The position numbers were made by a program, and so were the translations under genes. 42,857 nt of DNA. It comes from a virus. The notes below the pieces were generated by a model. That model searched no databases. It was not told the DNA's origin and worked only from the letters and a program-made list of their open reading frames with translations. The stretch spans positions 1 to 42,857 of the IMG/VR virus record IMGVR_UViG_3300025006_000006. The stretch is one strand, 5' to 3'. Positions 26,831 through 34,534 of this stretch are shown one piece after another; the stretch's first letter is position 1; each line of letters begins with the position of its first letter.

Positions 26831-27629
26831 GCGCCCTACTCCCCGCCAGCAGATCCACGAACCACGGGGTGTGTCCTGCCGGCAGCTTGCGTAGGTCGAC
26901 GTGGATCGCGTGGGTGATGATGAAGTTGCGCAGTGCCTGGTTGGTGACGCGCCAGGGCGCTCGGCCGTCCGGGGTTGGCTGGTGGGTGGGGTCGCGTTCG
27001 GCGGCGAGCATGCCCAGGTGGATCCAGCGCGTGACGGTGGTGGGATCGTGGCCGAGCAGGCTGGCGACCTCGCGGGCGGTGTAGTCGTCCTCGCGCGGGT
27101 CGCGCTGGATCGCGCGGCGTTTGCGTTGCACGACAATCGCGGCTTCCGTGCGGCGGAAGCCCTGGCGCCGCAGTGCGTGTTGCACACCGGCGGGCCGCAG
27201 GTTGCGGGTGGCGCGCAGAATATCCAGCTCCGCCGGGCTCCACGGCGCCTCGCGGAAACGCGGGGTGGTAAGGCCAAGGTCACGCGCCCGGCGGCTCACC
27301 CACCACACCGGCCGCGCCAGGCGCTTGGCCAGCGCCACCACGTCGCCCCGCTGCATCGGGCGCTGATGCGCGGCGCGGATGGCCTCGTCCATGCCCGGCT
27401 CCAGCGTCCACGACTCGCGCACCAGCGGCTGGCTGGCGCAGCGCAGGCCCAGCGCGTTGGCATGCTGGTAGATCGCCGATCGGCTGCGGTGCGGCAGCAG
27501 CGCGATCACGCCATTGATGCCGCCCGCCGGGTACGTCTCGCGCAGCACGCGGATCTCGCGCGTGGTCCAGGCCGCGCGGCTGATGGGCTGGGCGTGCGGC
27601 GTGCTGATGGAAGCGGTGCCGTCAGGCAT
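26823..27629 (-). CDS. DNA-binding protein with repeated Myb/SANT-like segments and a C-terminal MerR/excisionase-type HTH, 268 aa
   Basis: WTTREIRVLRETY and WSPAELDILRATR are repeats. The HTH is YTAREVASLLGHDPTTVTRWIHLGML. Confidence 0.5.
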   Translation of the reverse strand: MPDGTASISTPHAQPISRAAWTTREIRVLRETYPAGGINGVIALLPHRSRSAIYQHANALGLRCASQPLVRESWTLEPGMDEAIRAAHQRPMQRGDVVALAKRLARPVWWVSRRARDLGLTTPRFREAPWSPAELDILRATRNLRPAGVQHALRRQGFRRTEAAIVVQRKRRAIQRDPREDDYTAREVASLLGHDPTTVTRWIHLGMLAAERDPTHQPTPDGRAPWRVTNQALRNFIITHAIHVDLRKLPAGHTPWFVDLLAGSRAHG

Positions 27630-28464
27630 GGGGCGCCTCCTCGGACTGCTCCAGCGCGTCGGCGAGGGTTGGCTGATCGTGCTGCACGCCAGGTGTCCAG
27701 TCGTAGCTGTCCAGGCTCACCAGGAAGCGCAGTGCCATAGCGGCAGCCTGTTGTGCTTCCTTGCGCACGTCGTCGGGCTTGTTCTTGTGCGGCTCATAGA
27801 CCTGTTGCAGCACCGCCTTCGACAGCTCGCCGGCTTCCTCGTTGAAAACGCCGACGGCGTGCAGCGGATCGGTCGGCCACGTCGGGAACTTGCGGATCGC
27901 CTTTTCCAGCTCGTCCATGACTTCGCGGACGACAGCCGGCACCCTCGCGCGCTCGGCGTTGGCTTTGGCTGCATCCCAGCCAGCGTCGTTCGGTGGCTGC
28001 AAGTCGCAGTTTGTCTGCGCCGGCAAGACTGACTCGCCGCGCTGGTGCAGGAACATGGCGAAGTTGCCCACGTCGCGCGGGTCGCCCTTTTCGACATGCG
28101 CGCGAAGCATGTCCGACAGCCGTTGCTGCATGCCCGGTTCGTCGTTGTTCCAGCCGCTGCGACCCTTTGCGCGAGCCTCGGCCAGTTTGGCCTTGAGCGC
28201 AGCGGCGAAGCGGTCAACGGCGGCATCGTCCGGGTGCGGGATACCCTCCCCCTGCGCGTTCTGCGAATCAAGTTCAGCGTTGACCATCTGCTCATACTTC
28301 GCCTGATCGTAGCCGCGACGAAACGCATTGCCGTGAGCCTGCGCGTTCTGCGCGAGGGCGTTACGGGCTTCATCGACGGCGTCGCAAGCTACGGTCGCGC
28401 CCAGCTGTTGGAGCAGTGTTTGCAGGCAGCGAAGCTTCCCATCCAGTGTGGCCTTTTCCATCAT
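27622..28464 (-). CDS. MazG-like nucleotide pyrophosphohydrolase-domain protein, 280 aa
   Basis: The C-terminal segment FPTWPTDPLHAVGVFNEEAGELSKAV...VRKEAQQAAAMALRFL is an EExxE-type MazG signature. The start MMEK is at 28464. The track extension to 28797 overlaps rdgC and is rejected. Confidence 0.6.
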   Translation of the reverse strand: MMEKATLDGKLRCLQTLLQQLGATVACDAVDEARNALAQNAQAHGNAFRRGYDQAKYEQMVNAELDSQNAQGEGIPHPDDAAVDRFAAALKAKLAEARAKGRSGWNNDEPGMQQRLSDMLRAHVEKGDPRDVGNFAMFLHQRGESVLPAQTNCDLQPPNDAGWDAAKANAERARVPAVVREVMDELEKAIRKFPTWPTDPLHAVGVFNEEAGELSKAVLQQVYEPHKNKPDDVRKEAQQAAAMALRFLVSLDSYDWTPGVQHDQPTLADALEQSEEAPHA

Positions 28465-29381
28465 GCATCCCCCGGCCGCGGCAGCCCGAACACCTCGGCC
28501 AGCTGCTCCAGCAGGCGGCGCAGTTCGGTGGTCATCAGGAACAGGGCGGCGGCGGCTTCGTCGTGGGCGTCCTGCAGGCTGTCGCCCAGCGTGTCCAGCA
28601 CCACGTCGAGGAAGCGCAGCTTGTGCAGCACCAGGTCTTCGCCCAGCACGAAGCTGATACGGTCGTCGTAGACCAGGCCCAGCTTGAACACCTGCTTGCC
28701 GCTGCGCAGGTGTTCCTTGACCTCCTCGGCGTCCATGTCCTGCCGGCGGGCACGGATGACGGCGCCTGCGGCGGTGGCGGGGTCGCGCAGTTCGCACTCG
28801 TCGCCCAGGGCGAAGCCGGCCGGCAGGCGGCCGGTGGCCAGCCAGTCGGTCAGCAGCACGCGCGGGCCTTCCTCCGGTGCCGGCGGCACGGCGGGGAAGC
28901 TGCCCAGCGCCTCGCGCCAGCAGGTGAGCACGGTGTCGGCCTGCTTGCGGCTGGCGGTGTCGATCACCAGCCAGCCGTTGGCAATGTCGGCATAGGCGGC
29001 GGTGCGCGAGCTGCGCACGAAGGCGCGCGGCAGCAGCTCGGTCAGCAGATCTTCGCGGATGCGCTTTCGCTCGCGGCCGCCGACGTTGCGGCCTTCCTGC
29101 TCGGTGATCTGGCGCACTTTGCGCTGCAGGGCATCGGTGAGCACGGCGGGTGGCAGCAGCTTGTCTTCGCCGCCCAACACGGCCAGCGTGCAGCCGTTCT
29201 CGGTAAGCGTGAGGCTATCCCAGCCGTCAGCGCGCCCCACCGGCGGCACGAAGCCGCGGGTGAACAGCTCCAGCGGGCCGCAGGGGCGCAGGCGGTAGTC
29301 GTCCAGCGCCTCGTCCAGGCGCTGCAGGTCGTCGGCCACGGCGGGCGAGAATCGGAACAGGGTGAGGTTGCGGAAGAACAT
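28461..29381 (-). CDS. rdgC: Recombination-associated protein RdgC, 306 aa
   Basis: It is collinear by eye with E. coli RdgC. MFFRNLTLFRFS matches MLWFKNLMVYRLS, PCGPLELFTRGFVPP matches PCGSQDMAKMGWVPP, and LLPRAFVRSS matches LLPRAFSRFS. Confidence 0.85.
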   Translation of the reverse strand: MFFRNLTLFRFSPAVADDLQRLDEALDDYRLRPCGPLELFTRGFVPPVGRADGWDSLTLTENGCTLAVLGGEDKLLPPAVLTDALQRKVRQITEQEGRNVGGRERKRIREDLLTELLPRAFVRSSRTAAYADIANGWLVIDTASRKQADTVLTCWREALGSFPAVPPAPEEGPRVLLTDWLATGRLPAGFALGDECELRDPATAAGAVIRARRQDMDAEEVKEHLRSGKQVFKLGLVYDDRISFVLGEDLVLHKLRFLDVVLDTLGDSLQDAHDEAAAALFLMTTELRRLLEQLAEVFGLPRPGDA

Positions 29382-29384
29382 GGC

Positions 29385-29630
29385 TCAGCCCCTCCGCAGG
29401 TTGGCGGCGCGGCGCCGGCGGCGTGCGGTCTTGCCGGCCGGCGGGCGGGTGGTGCGCACGTGCTGGAATGGCTTGCGGGCGCCGGTGCGGCCCCTGCCCT
29501 TGCCGCGCCTGTCGCGGCGGCCGGTAGTGGTGTGGGCTTGTTCGGTAGGCAGGCGCGGCAGGGGCGCGGCGTTGCTCATCAGCGACAACGCCATGGCGAC
29601 CAGGTGGGATAGCGGGGTGCGTTTGTGCAT
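29385..29630 (-). CDS. Hypothetical small protein with a hydrophobic N-terminus and an extremely Arg-rich tail, 81 aa
   Basis: GC3 is high in this frame and it is the only sizeable ORF in the gap. The composition could still be a GC artefact. Confidence 0.4.
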   Translation of the reverse strand: MHKRTPLSHLVAMALSLMSNAAPLPRLPTEQAHTTTGRRDRRGKGRGRTGARKPFQHVRTTRPPAGKTARRRRRAANLRRG

Positions 29631-29653
29631 GGTGGGTTCCTAAGCGGTAGTGG

Positions 29654-29899
29654 TCAGGCGCGCTTGCCGGCGCGGCGGTGGTGGATAAGGTGGTACTCGG
29701 CCACGCGCACGATGTGCCGGCGGCGGTCGCGCACCTTGACCATCTGCATGCCGATGGCGATGCCGTGGTCGGTTTTCAGCTCGTGCATGCGGGCGCTCAC
29801 GCAGATCACGCCGCAGCGGCGAATCAGGTGCATGGTGGTGGCCGGGCCTCGTCGCAGCTCGGCAAGGATGGCCTCGTGCTGGGGGCTGAGTTGGGACAT
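29654..29899 (-). CDS. Winged-helix DNA-binding protein, 81 aa (MSQLSPQHEAILAELRRG...)
   Basis: The internal ATG is at 29899. The wHTH-like segment is ILAELRRGPATTMHLIRR. Confidence 0.5.
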   Translation of the reverse strand: MSQLSPQHEAILAELRRGPATTMHLIRRCGVICVSARMHELKTDHGIAIGMQMVKVRDRRRHIVRVAEYHLIHHRRAGKRA

Positions 29900-29901
29900 G
29901 C

Positions 29902-30138
29902 TCAGTCCTCCCACGCGATGCAGCTGGGCGTGCGGCACTGGCCCTTGCTGTGCACGATGGCGCCGGCCTCGTCGTACTCCACCTGCACGCTGCAGCGCGA
30001 GCCGCAGGCGGTGCAGCGGTAGCTGCCGCTGGTGGCGCTGTAGCGACTGGCCAGGCGCAGCACGTTGCGCTTGGCGGCCTTGCCGGCGACGCTGTCCATG
30101 ATCGCCGGCGGCACGAACATTTCAGCGGGCGCGAGCAT
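29902..30138 (-). CDS. Zinc-ribbon-like small protein, 78 aa
   Basis: YRCTACGSRCS...GQCRTPSC gives two Cys pairs. Confidence 0.5.
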   Translation of the reverse strand: MLAPAEMFVPPAIMDSVAGKAAKRNVLRLASRYSATSGSYRCTACGSRCSVQVEYDEAGAIVHSKGQCRTPSCIAWED

Positions 30139-30409
30139 GGAGGGCCTCCTCGGTGGACTGGTTGAGCGCGGCCAGCAGCGCGTCGGCGTAGCGCACGGCG
30201 CGCGTGGCGTAGATGTCGGCGTTGCTGGTGCTTTGGGTGGTGGCGGGGCTGGCGGCGAGCAGGCCCTGCAGGGCAGCCTTGGCCGTCTCGTAGCGCATGC
30301 GGTCGATCACGGTCATGGCCGATTCGCGGAACGCCGTGACATCCTCCGGGCACTCCGGCATCGGCGACATGGCGGCGGCGAGTGCCCGTGGCAGGTATCC
30401 ATTCGTCAT
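30122..30409 (-). CDS. Hypothetical protein, 95 aa (MTNGYLPRAL...)
   Basis: The internal ATG at 30409 overlaps the upstream stop (ATGA). Confidence 0.45.
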   Translation of the reverse strand: MTNGYLPRALAAAMSPMPECPEDVTAFRESAMTVIDRMRYETAKAALQGLLAASPATTQSTSNADIYATRAVRYADALLAALNQSTEEALHARAR

Positions 30410-30705
30410 CGCTGCGCCCTCCCCTTCGCCGCGCGCATCGGCCGCACGTTGTCGCGGCGCGGGGCCAGCGGCAGCGGCAGGGTTTCGCCCAGCTCGCCCC
30501 AGGCGCGCACGGCGTCGGGCAGGCTGGCGCACCAGCCGGTGCAGCGGCGGCACGGGCACTCGAGCTGATGGCGGTCGGCGATCACGGCAAACTGCACGCC
30601 CTCGCGCTGGGTGCTGCCGCTGGCCACGTAGTGGCGCGGCTCGACCTTGCAGGTGGCGCAGGCGGCGAAGGTGCCGCGCGGGTGGGTGATCTGGCGCTGT
30701 CTCAT
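30406..30705 (-). CDS. Cys-rich hypothetical protein, 99 aa (MRQRQITHPR...)
   Basis: It has CATC and CPCRRCTGWC motifs. The ATG at 30705 overlaps the upstream stop. Confidence 0.45.
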   Translation of the reverse strand: MRQRQITHPRGTFAACATCKVEPRHYVASGSTQREGVQFAVIADRHQLECPCRRCTGWCASLPDAVRAWGELGETLPLPLAPRRDNVRPMRAAKGRAQR

Positions 30706-30890
30706 GGGGTGACTCCCTTGGCGCGATGGGTGGCGGACCGCCAGCGGTAGGCGGTGGCGCGGGAAACGTTGAAGCGCTGGCGGATGGCTTCGACCGTTGG
30801 CGGGGCCTGTTGCTGGGCGTGCCAGTAGGCGTAGCGCATGAGCAGCTCGGTCCAGTTGAACGTGCCGGTGACGCGGTCCTCGGCTTTCAT
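30702..30890 (-). CDS. Small HTH protein (excisionase/regulator-like), 62 aa
   Basis: VEAIRQRFNVSRATAYRWRS is a typical HTH. The ATG at 30890 overlaps the upstream stop. Confidence 0.55.
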   Translation of the reverse strand: MKAEDRVTGTFNWTELLMRYAYWHAQQQAPPTVEAIRQRFNVSRATAYRWRSATHRAKGVTP

Positions 30891-31297
30891 CGGCCCACCT
30901 CGCGCACTGATTCGGGGTTGGCGTCGAGCAGTTGCAGCAGCTCGCGGCCCAGTGGGGACAGGCGCAGGCATTTGTCGCCGTCATCGCACAGGCAGTGCTC
31001 GCCGCAGCCGCCGGCCGGCGCGTCGAACGGCTCCAGCAGCTCGCTCTCCAGCGCGTATTCCTCGGCATCGCCGCCGTCGACATCGCAGCCGCCATCCGCG
31101 CGCGCCGCGGCCAGCATCTTCGCCGCATACCGCGCCACGCCCTCGCTGTAGGGGATGCGCAGCGCGGCGGCCAGCTGCTGGAGCAGCACCAGCGCCTTCT
31201 CGCGCGGCAGGAAGTTGTAGCCGGCGCCCACATAGACTGCGATGCGGCCATCGGGTTGGCGCTCGGCGAGCGGGCGGAAGATGGTTGGCGCGTTCAT
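30887..31297 (-). CDS. Hypothetical acidic, Cys-containing protein, 136 aa
   Basis: It has ATGA coupling on both sides and contains GGCGEHCLCDDGDKC. Confidence 0.5.
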   Translation of the reverse strand: MNAPTIFRPLAERQPDGRIAVYVGAGYNFLPREKALVLLQQLAAALRIPYSEGVARYAAKMLAAARADGGCDVDGGDAEEYALESELLEPFDAPAGGCGEHCLCDDGDKCLRLSPLGRELLQLLDANPESVREVGR

Positions 31298-31677
31298 GCT
31301 GCCGCCCTGCGCGAGCGCATGTAGTCGTCGTCGAACGGCAGGCCTTCGGCAACAAGCTCCTCGATGATCTGCGCGCCAACTTTGTCGTGCACAGCGCGCG
31401 GCATCTTGAATCTGACGGAATTAACGCACCGCTCGTGTTCGATCACCTCGCCACGCGCCACCAGTTTGCGCAGGTGCGCCCTGGCGGCGGCCACCGAGCA
31501 GCCTGCGGCAGCCCCGTAATTCCACGAATAAAAACTGGACAGGTGGAAAGTAAAGTCGTCTGGCGCGCGGCGTTTAATTGTGCGTTGGCCACCGACATAG
31601 GTGGTTTCGAACACCCAGCGGATGGCCCTTTTGTAAGCGCTCAATGCGTCAGCGCGGATCGCGTCGAGGTCGTTCAT
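31294..31677 (-). CDS. Hypothetical protein with a winged-helix-like segment, 127 aa (MNDLDAIRAD...)
   Basis: The internal ATG at 31677 overlaps the recombinase 3 stop. The wHTH-like segment is AAARAHLRKLVARGEVIEHE. Confidence 0.5.
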   Translation of the reverse strand: MNDLDAIRADALSAYKRAIRWVFETTYVGGQRTIKRRAPDDFTFHLSSFYSWNYGAAAGCSVAAARAHLRKLVARGEVIEHERCVNSVRFKMPRAVHDKVGAQIIEELVAEGLPFDDDYMRSRRAAA

Positions 31678-32639
31678 CCCGCCCTCCTCACCGCATCCAG
31701 ATCCGCGTGTTCGCGCAGCACGTGGCGCACCACGGCGGCGGCTTGCGCGCCGTAGACATTGGCGGTGGTGGATTTCTTGGCGTGGCGGGCCAGGTGCTGG
31801 CCGGCTTCCAGGCCCAGGGTTTCCACCACGTCGCCCACGCGGCGGTGGCGCAGCAGTTGCGGGTTGAGGTGGGCGATGCCGGCGGCGGCGCCCAGGGTGC
31901 GGATGCGGTTGTAGGCCTGCTGGCGGGTGATGCGGGTGCCGCGGTTGCTCACGAACATGGCCTGCTCGCGCTCGGCCGCCATCGCCGGGCGCACGGCCAG
32001 CCAGTCGGCCAGCCACGCCACGCTGCGCGCGTTGATCGGCACCACGGCCGGCTTGCCGCCCTTGCCCACCATGCACAGCTCGCCGCGCGCCAGATCCACG
32101 CTGTTGCGCGGGCGATACACCGGGCCGGGCAGGTCCAGCGCGGTGGCATCGCTTACGCGCAGCGCGCCATCCAGCATCAGGCGCATCATGGCGCGGTCGC
32201 GCAGTTGCATCGGCGTGCGCGTGGGCAGGGTTTCCAGCAGCGCCATCAGCGGCGCCAGCTCCGGCGCGATCTGCGGCAGCGCCACGAAACGCACGTCGCT
32301 GTCTTTCGTCGGGTCGTGGTGCAGCCAGCCCTCGCGGTTGGCGTGCGCCACCAGTTGGCGCAGCACCACCAGCTTGCGCGCCTGGCTGCGCGGGGAAAGC
32401 CCGCGGTGGCCCAGCCGATCCAGCCAGCGTTCCACCAGGCGTTCGCCCAGCAGGCCGATCAGCTCCACGCCCTGCAGCGCGGCAAACTCGGCGAAGTCGT
32501 GCAGGTCGCCGCCGTAGGCCACCAGCGTGTTGATCGCCGCGCCGCGCAGGCGCTTGCGCTGCAGGTAGTGTTCGATCGCCTGCGCCATCGTCACGGGCGC
32601 CACGGCGTGGCCGGCCAGGGTGATGAGGTTGGCGGTCAT
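31674..32639 (-). CDS. Tyrosine recombinase 3 (XerC/D-like), 321 aa
   Basis: The start is MTANLITLAG at 32639. It has an N-terminal SAM-like core-binding pattern (AINTLVAYGGDLHDF). Motifs seen: GALRVSDATAL (Arg I), GKGGKPAVVP, LLRHRRVGD (H-x-x-R) and HAKKSTTANVY (Tyr). Confidence 0.8.
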   Translation of the reverse strand: MTANLITLAGHAVAPVTMAQAIEHYLQRKRLRGAAINTLVAYGGDLHDFAEFAALQGVELIGLLGERLVERWLDRLGHRGLSPRSQARKLVVLRQLVAHANREGWLHHDPTKDSDVRFVALPQIAPELAPLMALLETLPTRTPMQLRDRAMMRLMLDGALRVSDATALDLPGPVYRPRNSVDLARGELCMVGKGGKPAVVPINARSVAWLADWLAVRPAMAAEREQAMFVSNRGTRITRQQAYNRIRTLGAAAGIAHLNPQLLRHRRVGDVVETLGLEAGQHLARHAKKSTTANVYGAQAAAVVRHVLREHADLDAVRRAG

Positions 32640-32848
32640 GGCTGGTCCTCGCCGGTGGTGTCGGCAGGCATGTCGCTGCGGTCGATCCATTCCATGAGCC
32701 GCGCGGTCAGCCAGTAGCAGAGGCTGGCAAGCCCGATAAGGAAGGCGAACAGGCAGAGCAGGACCAGGGCGGCCACCCAGCCGCCGACGCAGTACATCGC
32801 GGCGGTGTAGCCGACCAGGGCGAGCGGGATCAGCGTGCGGGTCTTCAT
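32636..32848 (-). CDS. Small two-TM membrane protein, 70 aa
   Basis: The sequence is MKTRTLIPLALVGYTAAMYCVGGWVAALVLLCLFAFLIGLASLCYWL. The ATG is at 32848. Confidence 0.55.
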   Translation of the reverse strand: MKTRTLIPLALVGYTAAMYCVGGWVAALVLLCLFAFLIGLASLCYWLTARLMEWIDRSDMPADTTGEDQP

Positions 32849-33138
32849 GCGCCACCGCCCGCGCGCTGCAGCGTCTCTTTCAGGGCCACCATGGCGCGCT
32901 CGCACTCCAGTCGCTCGGCGGCGCCGAAACCGTAGGTGGTGCCTAGTTTCTCGAAGGCCTTGATGACGCGGTTTCCCGCTGCCACCAGTTCATCGGCCAG
33001 GCCCAAGCTATCGGCGGCACCCTGCAGATGCATTTCGCACAAGCCGGCATGACCAGGTGCTTCCATGGCCCGGAACTGCTTGGCCGACTCACTCAGCGCG
33101 TGTTGGCAGCCTTCGATCGTCGTTCGTAGCGTCGTCAT
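32845..33138 (-). CDS. Hypothetical helical protein, 97 aa
   Basis: It is a complete ORF with an ATG start and ATGA coupling. Confidence 0.5.
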   Translation of the reverse strand: MTTLRTTIEGCQHALSESAKQFRAMEAPGHAGLCEMHLQGAADSLGLADELVAAGNRVIKAFEKLGTTYGFGAAERLECERAMVALKETLQRAGGGA

Positions 33139-33269
33139 CGGGCACCGCCCAAGCTGACCACGATCAGCGCGACGAGCAGCAGAAGGCAGGCGACGACGGC
33201 GAAGCCGGCGCCCAAGGGCAGCAGCTCGGCCGGCGGCGCGCCGTGGCGGCGTTCCGTGCGGCCGCTCAC
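33135..33269 (-). CDS. Very small single-TM protein, 44 aa (GTG start)
   Basis: The GTG at 33269-33267 overlaps the upstream TGA (GTGA). The C-terminus is LLPLGAGFAVVACLLLLVALIVVSLGG. Confidence 0.4.
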   Translation of the reverse strand: MSGRTERRHGAPPAELLPLGAGFAVVACLLLLVALIVVSLGGAR

Positions 33270-33457
33270 GACGCCACCGCCCGCAGCTGTTGCTGCAGCG
33301 AGTGCCACAGGCGGCGTGCGGCCTGCTCGGCCTGCGCCTGGTTGTTGAACAGGTTGCCGGTGCGGGCTTTCAGCGCGCCGCTGGTGCCGATCACCTGGCC
33401 GCGCCATAAGCCGCCCTCGCGCTCGCCGTGGAAATAGACGTCCATGGGTTTTTTCAT
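33266..33457 (-). CDS. Hypothetical small protein, 63 aa (MKKPMDVYFH...)
   Basis: The internal ATG at 33457 overlaps the upstream stop. Confidence 0.5.
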   Translation of the reverse strand: MKKPMDVYFHGEREGGLWRGQVIGTSGALKARTGNLFNNQAQAEQAARRLWHSLQQQLRAVAS

Positions 33458-33741
33458 GCGCGTGCTCCCGGCGCGTACCAGGCGGGTCGGAACCGTTCGC
33501 CGGCCAGGTCGCCCGCCATCAGCCACAGCGACGGCACGGCCAACACCTTGGCCATGGCGCCGATCTGCAGCGGGTCCGGCGGCGTGCTGCCGCCCATTTC
33601 CAGCGAGGCCAGCCGTTTGGGGGTGATGCCGGCGGCGGTGGCCAGATCCTCCGGCGCCATCCGGGCGTGCTCGCGCGAGGCGCGCAGGCGCTGGGCGAAG
33701 CTGTCCGCGTGGGCGTTGTGCTGGCGGGTCTCGGCGCGCAT
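33454..33741 (-). CDS. XRE-family HTH protein, 95 aa
   Basis: FAQRLRASREHARMAPEDLATAAGITPKRLASLEMG is a classic Cro/CI-type HTH. The ATG is at 33741. Confidence 0.7.
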   Translation of the reverse strand: MRAETRQHNAHADSFAQRLRASREHARMAPEDLATAAGITPKRLASLEMGGSTPPDPLQIGAMAKVLAVPSLWLMAGDLAGERFRPAWYAPGARA

Positions 33742-34187
33742 CAGGCGAGCCTCCCGCGCGTGCTGGCTTCGCCCGCGATCATCAGCAGGTCGAACACCGC
33801 GTCGCCCACGCTCAGCTTCCAGCCGGGCAGCTCCAGGTTCTTCAGCGTGCCGGGAAACTCCCGGAACGCCGCCACCGCAGCGGCCTGCGCGCCCTTGGGC
33901 GTGATCACCGTGCACACCGGCAGCTCGCGCGAACCCTCGCGCCGCAGCGTTACCGCGTAGCTGCGCATCGTGCCGTGCGCCTGCACCATCTTGTGCAGCA
34001 TGCCGCGCGTGCAGCCCAGGTCCGCCGCCACCGATTTCAGGGTGGCCTTTGCCCGCTTCGCCTCTGCTACCGCTTCGGCTGCTGCCGCACAGGCTTCCGG
34101 TGTGGCCGGTCCCACGTACAGGGGGGGGGTCTGGCGGCGCGTGGTGGTGGCCGCGTCGATGGCCGGGTGGGTGATGGGCGCTTCCAT
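33741..34187 (-). CDS. Hypothetical protein with an HTH-like segment, 148 aa; contains a C9 homopolymer near its 5' end
   Basis: The HTH-like segment is LKSVAADLGCTRGMLHKMVQ. The ATG is at 34187. An alternative GTG at 34115 lies just after the C9 tract. Confidence 0.5.
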   Translation of the reverse strand: MEAPITHPAIDAATTTRRQTPPLYVGPATPEACAAAAEAVAEAKRAKATLKSVAADLGCTRGMLHKMVQAHGTMRSYAVTLRREGSRELPVCTVITPKGAQAAAVAAFREFPGTLKNLELPGWKLSVGDAVFDLLMIAGEASTRGRLA

Positions 34188-34534
34188 CAGCGCGCCCTCC
34201 CCTGCTTGGCCAGGCCGCCGAGGATCAGCGGATAGCCGGGGCGGTGCAGGCGCAGCGCGTCGATCAGGCGCAGCGGCATGCTGGGATACCAGCGCAGCAG
34301 CGCGCATTGCGCGGCGGCCAGTTGGCGGCGGCGCGTGGGTTGGGTTACAGTGGGCATGTCTTCCGTACTCCTAAGCGCGGCGGGCACTTCCGAACGCCCG
34401 GGGTTGCCGCCCCGGGCGTTCTTCGTTTGGGCAGCAGACGCTGCGCTGATGGCCCGGCGGTGGGCGGTGGGGACCGTGGGGAGCGGGAAACCGCGATCCA
34501 CCACCAGGCCATCAGCGAAACGTCCGGCGGTCAT
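34187..34534 (-). CDS. Hypothetical protein, either 115 aa (ATG 34534, ATGA-coupled) or 56 aa (ATG 34357 with a GGAG RBS)
   Basis: Both starts are plausible. The long form would encode through the perfect hairpin at 34392-34421. Confidence 0.4.
   Translation of the reverse strand: MTAGRFADGLVVDRGFPLPTVPTAHRRAISAASAAQTKNARGGNPGRSEVPAALRSTEDMPTVTQPTRRRQLAAAQCALLRWYPSMPLRLIDALRLHRPGYPLILGGLAKQGRAR
34392..34421. terminator. Perfect 12-bp GC-rich hairpin GAACGCCCGGGG-ttgccg-CCCCGGGCGTTC (terminator/attenuator or processing site)
   Basis: Read directly. On the plus strand it is followed by ttcgtttggg. On the minus strand there is no U-tract. Confidence 0.45.
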
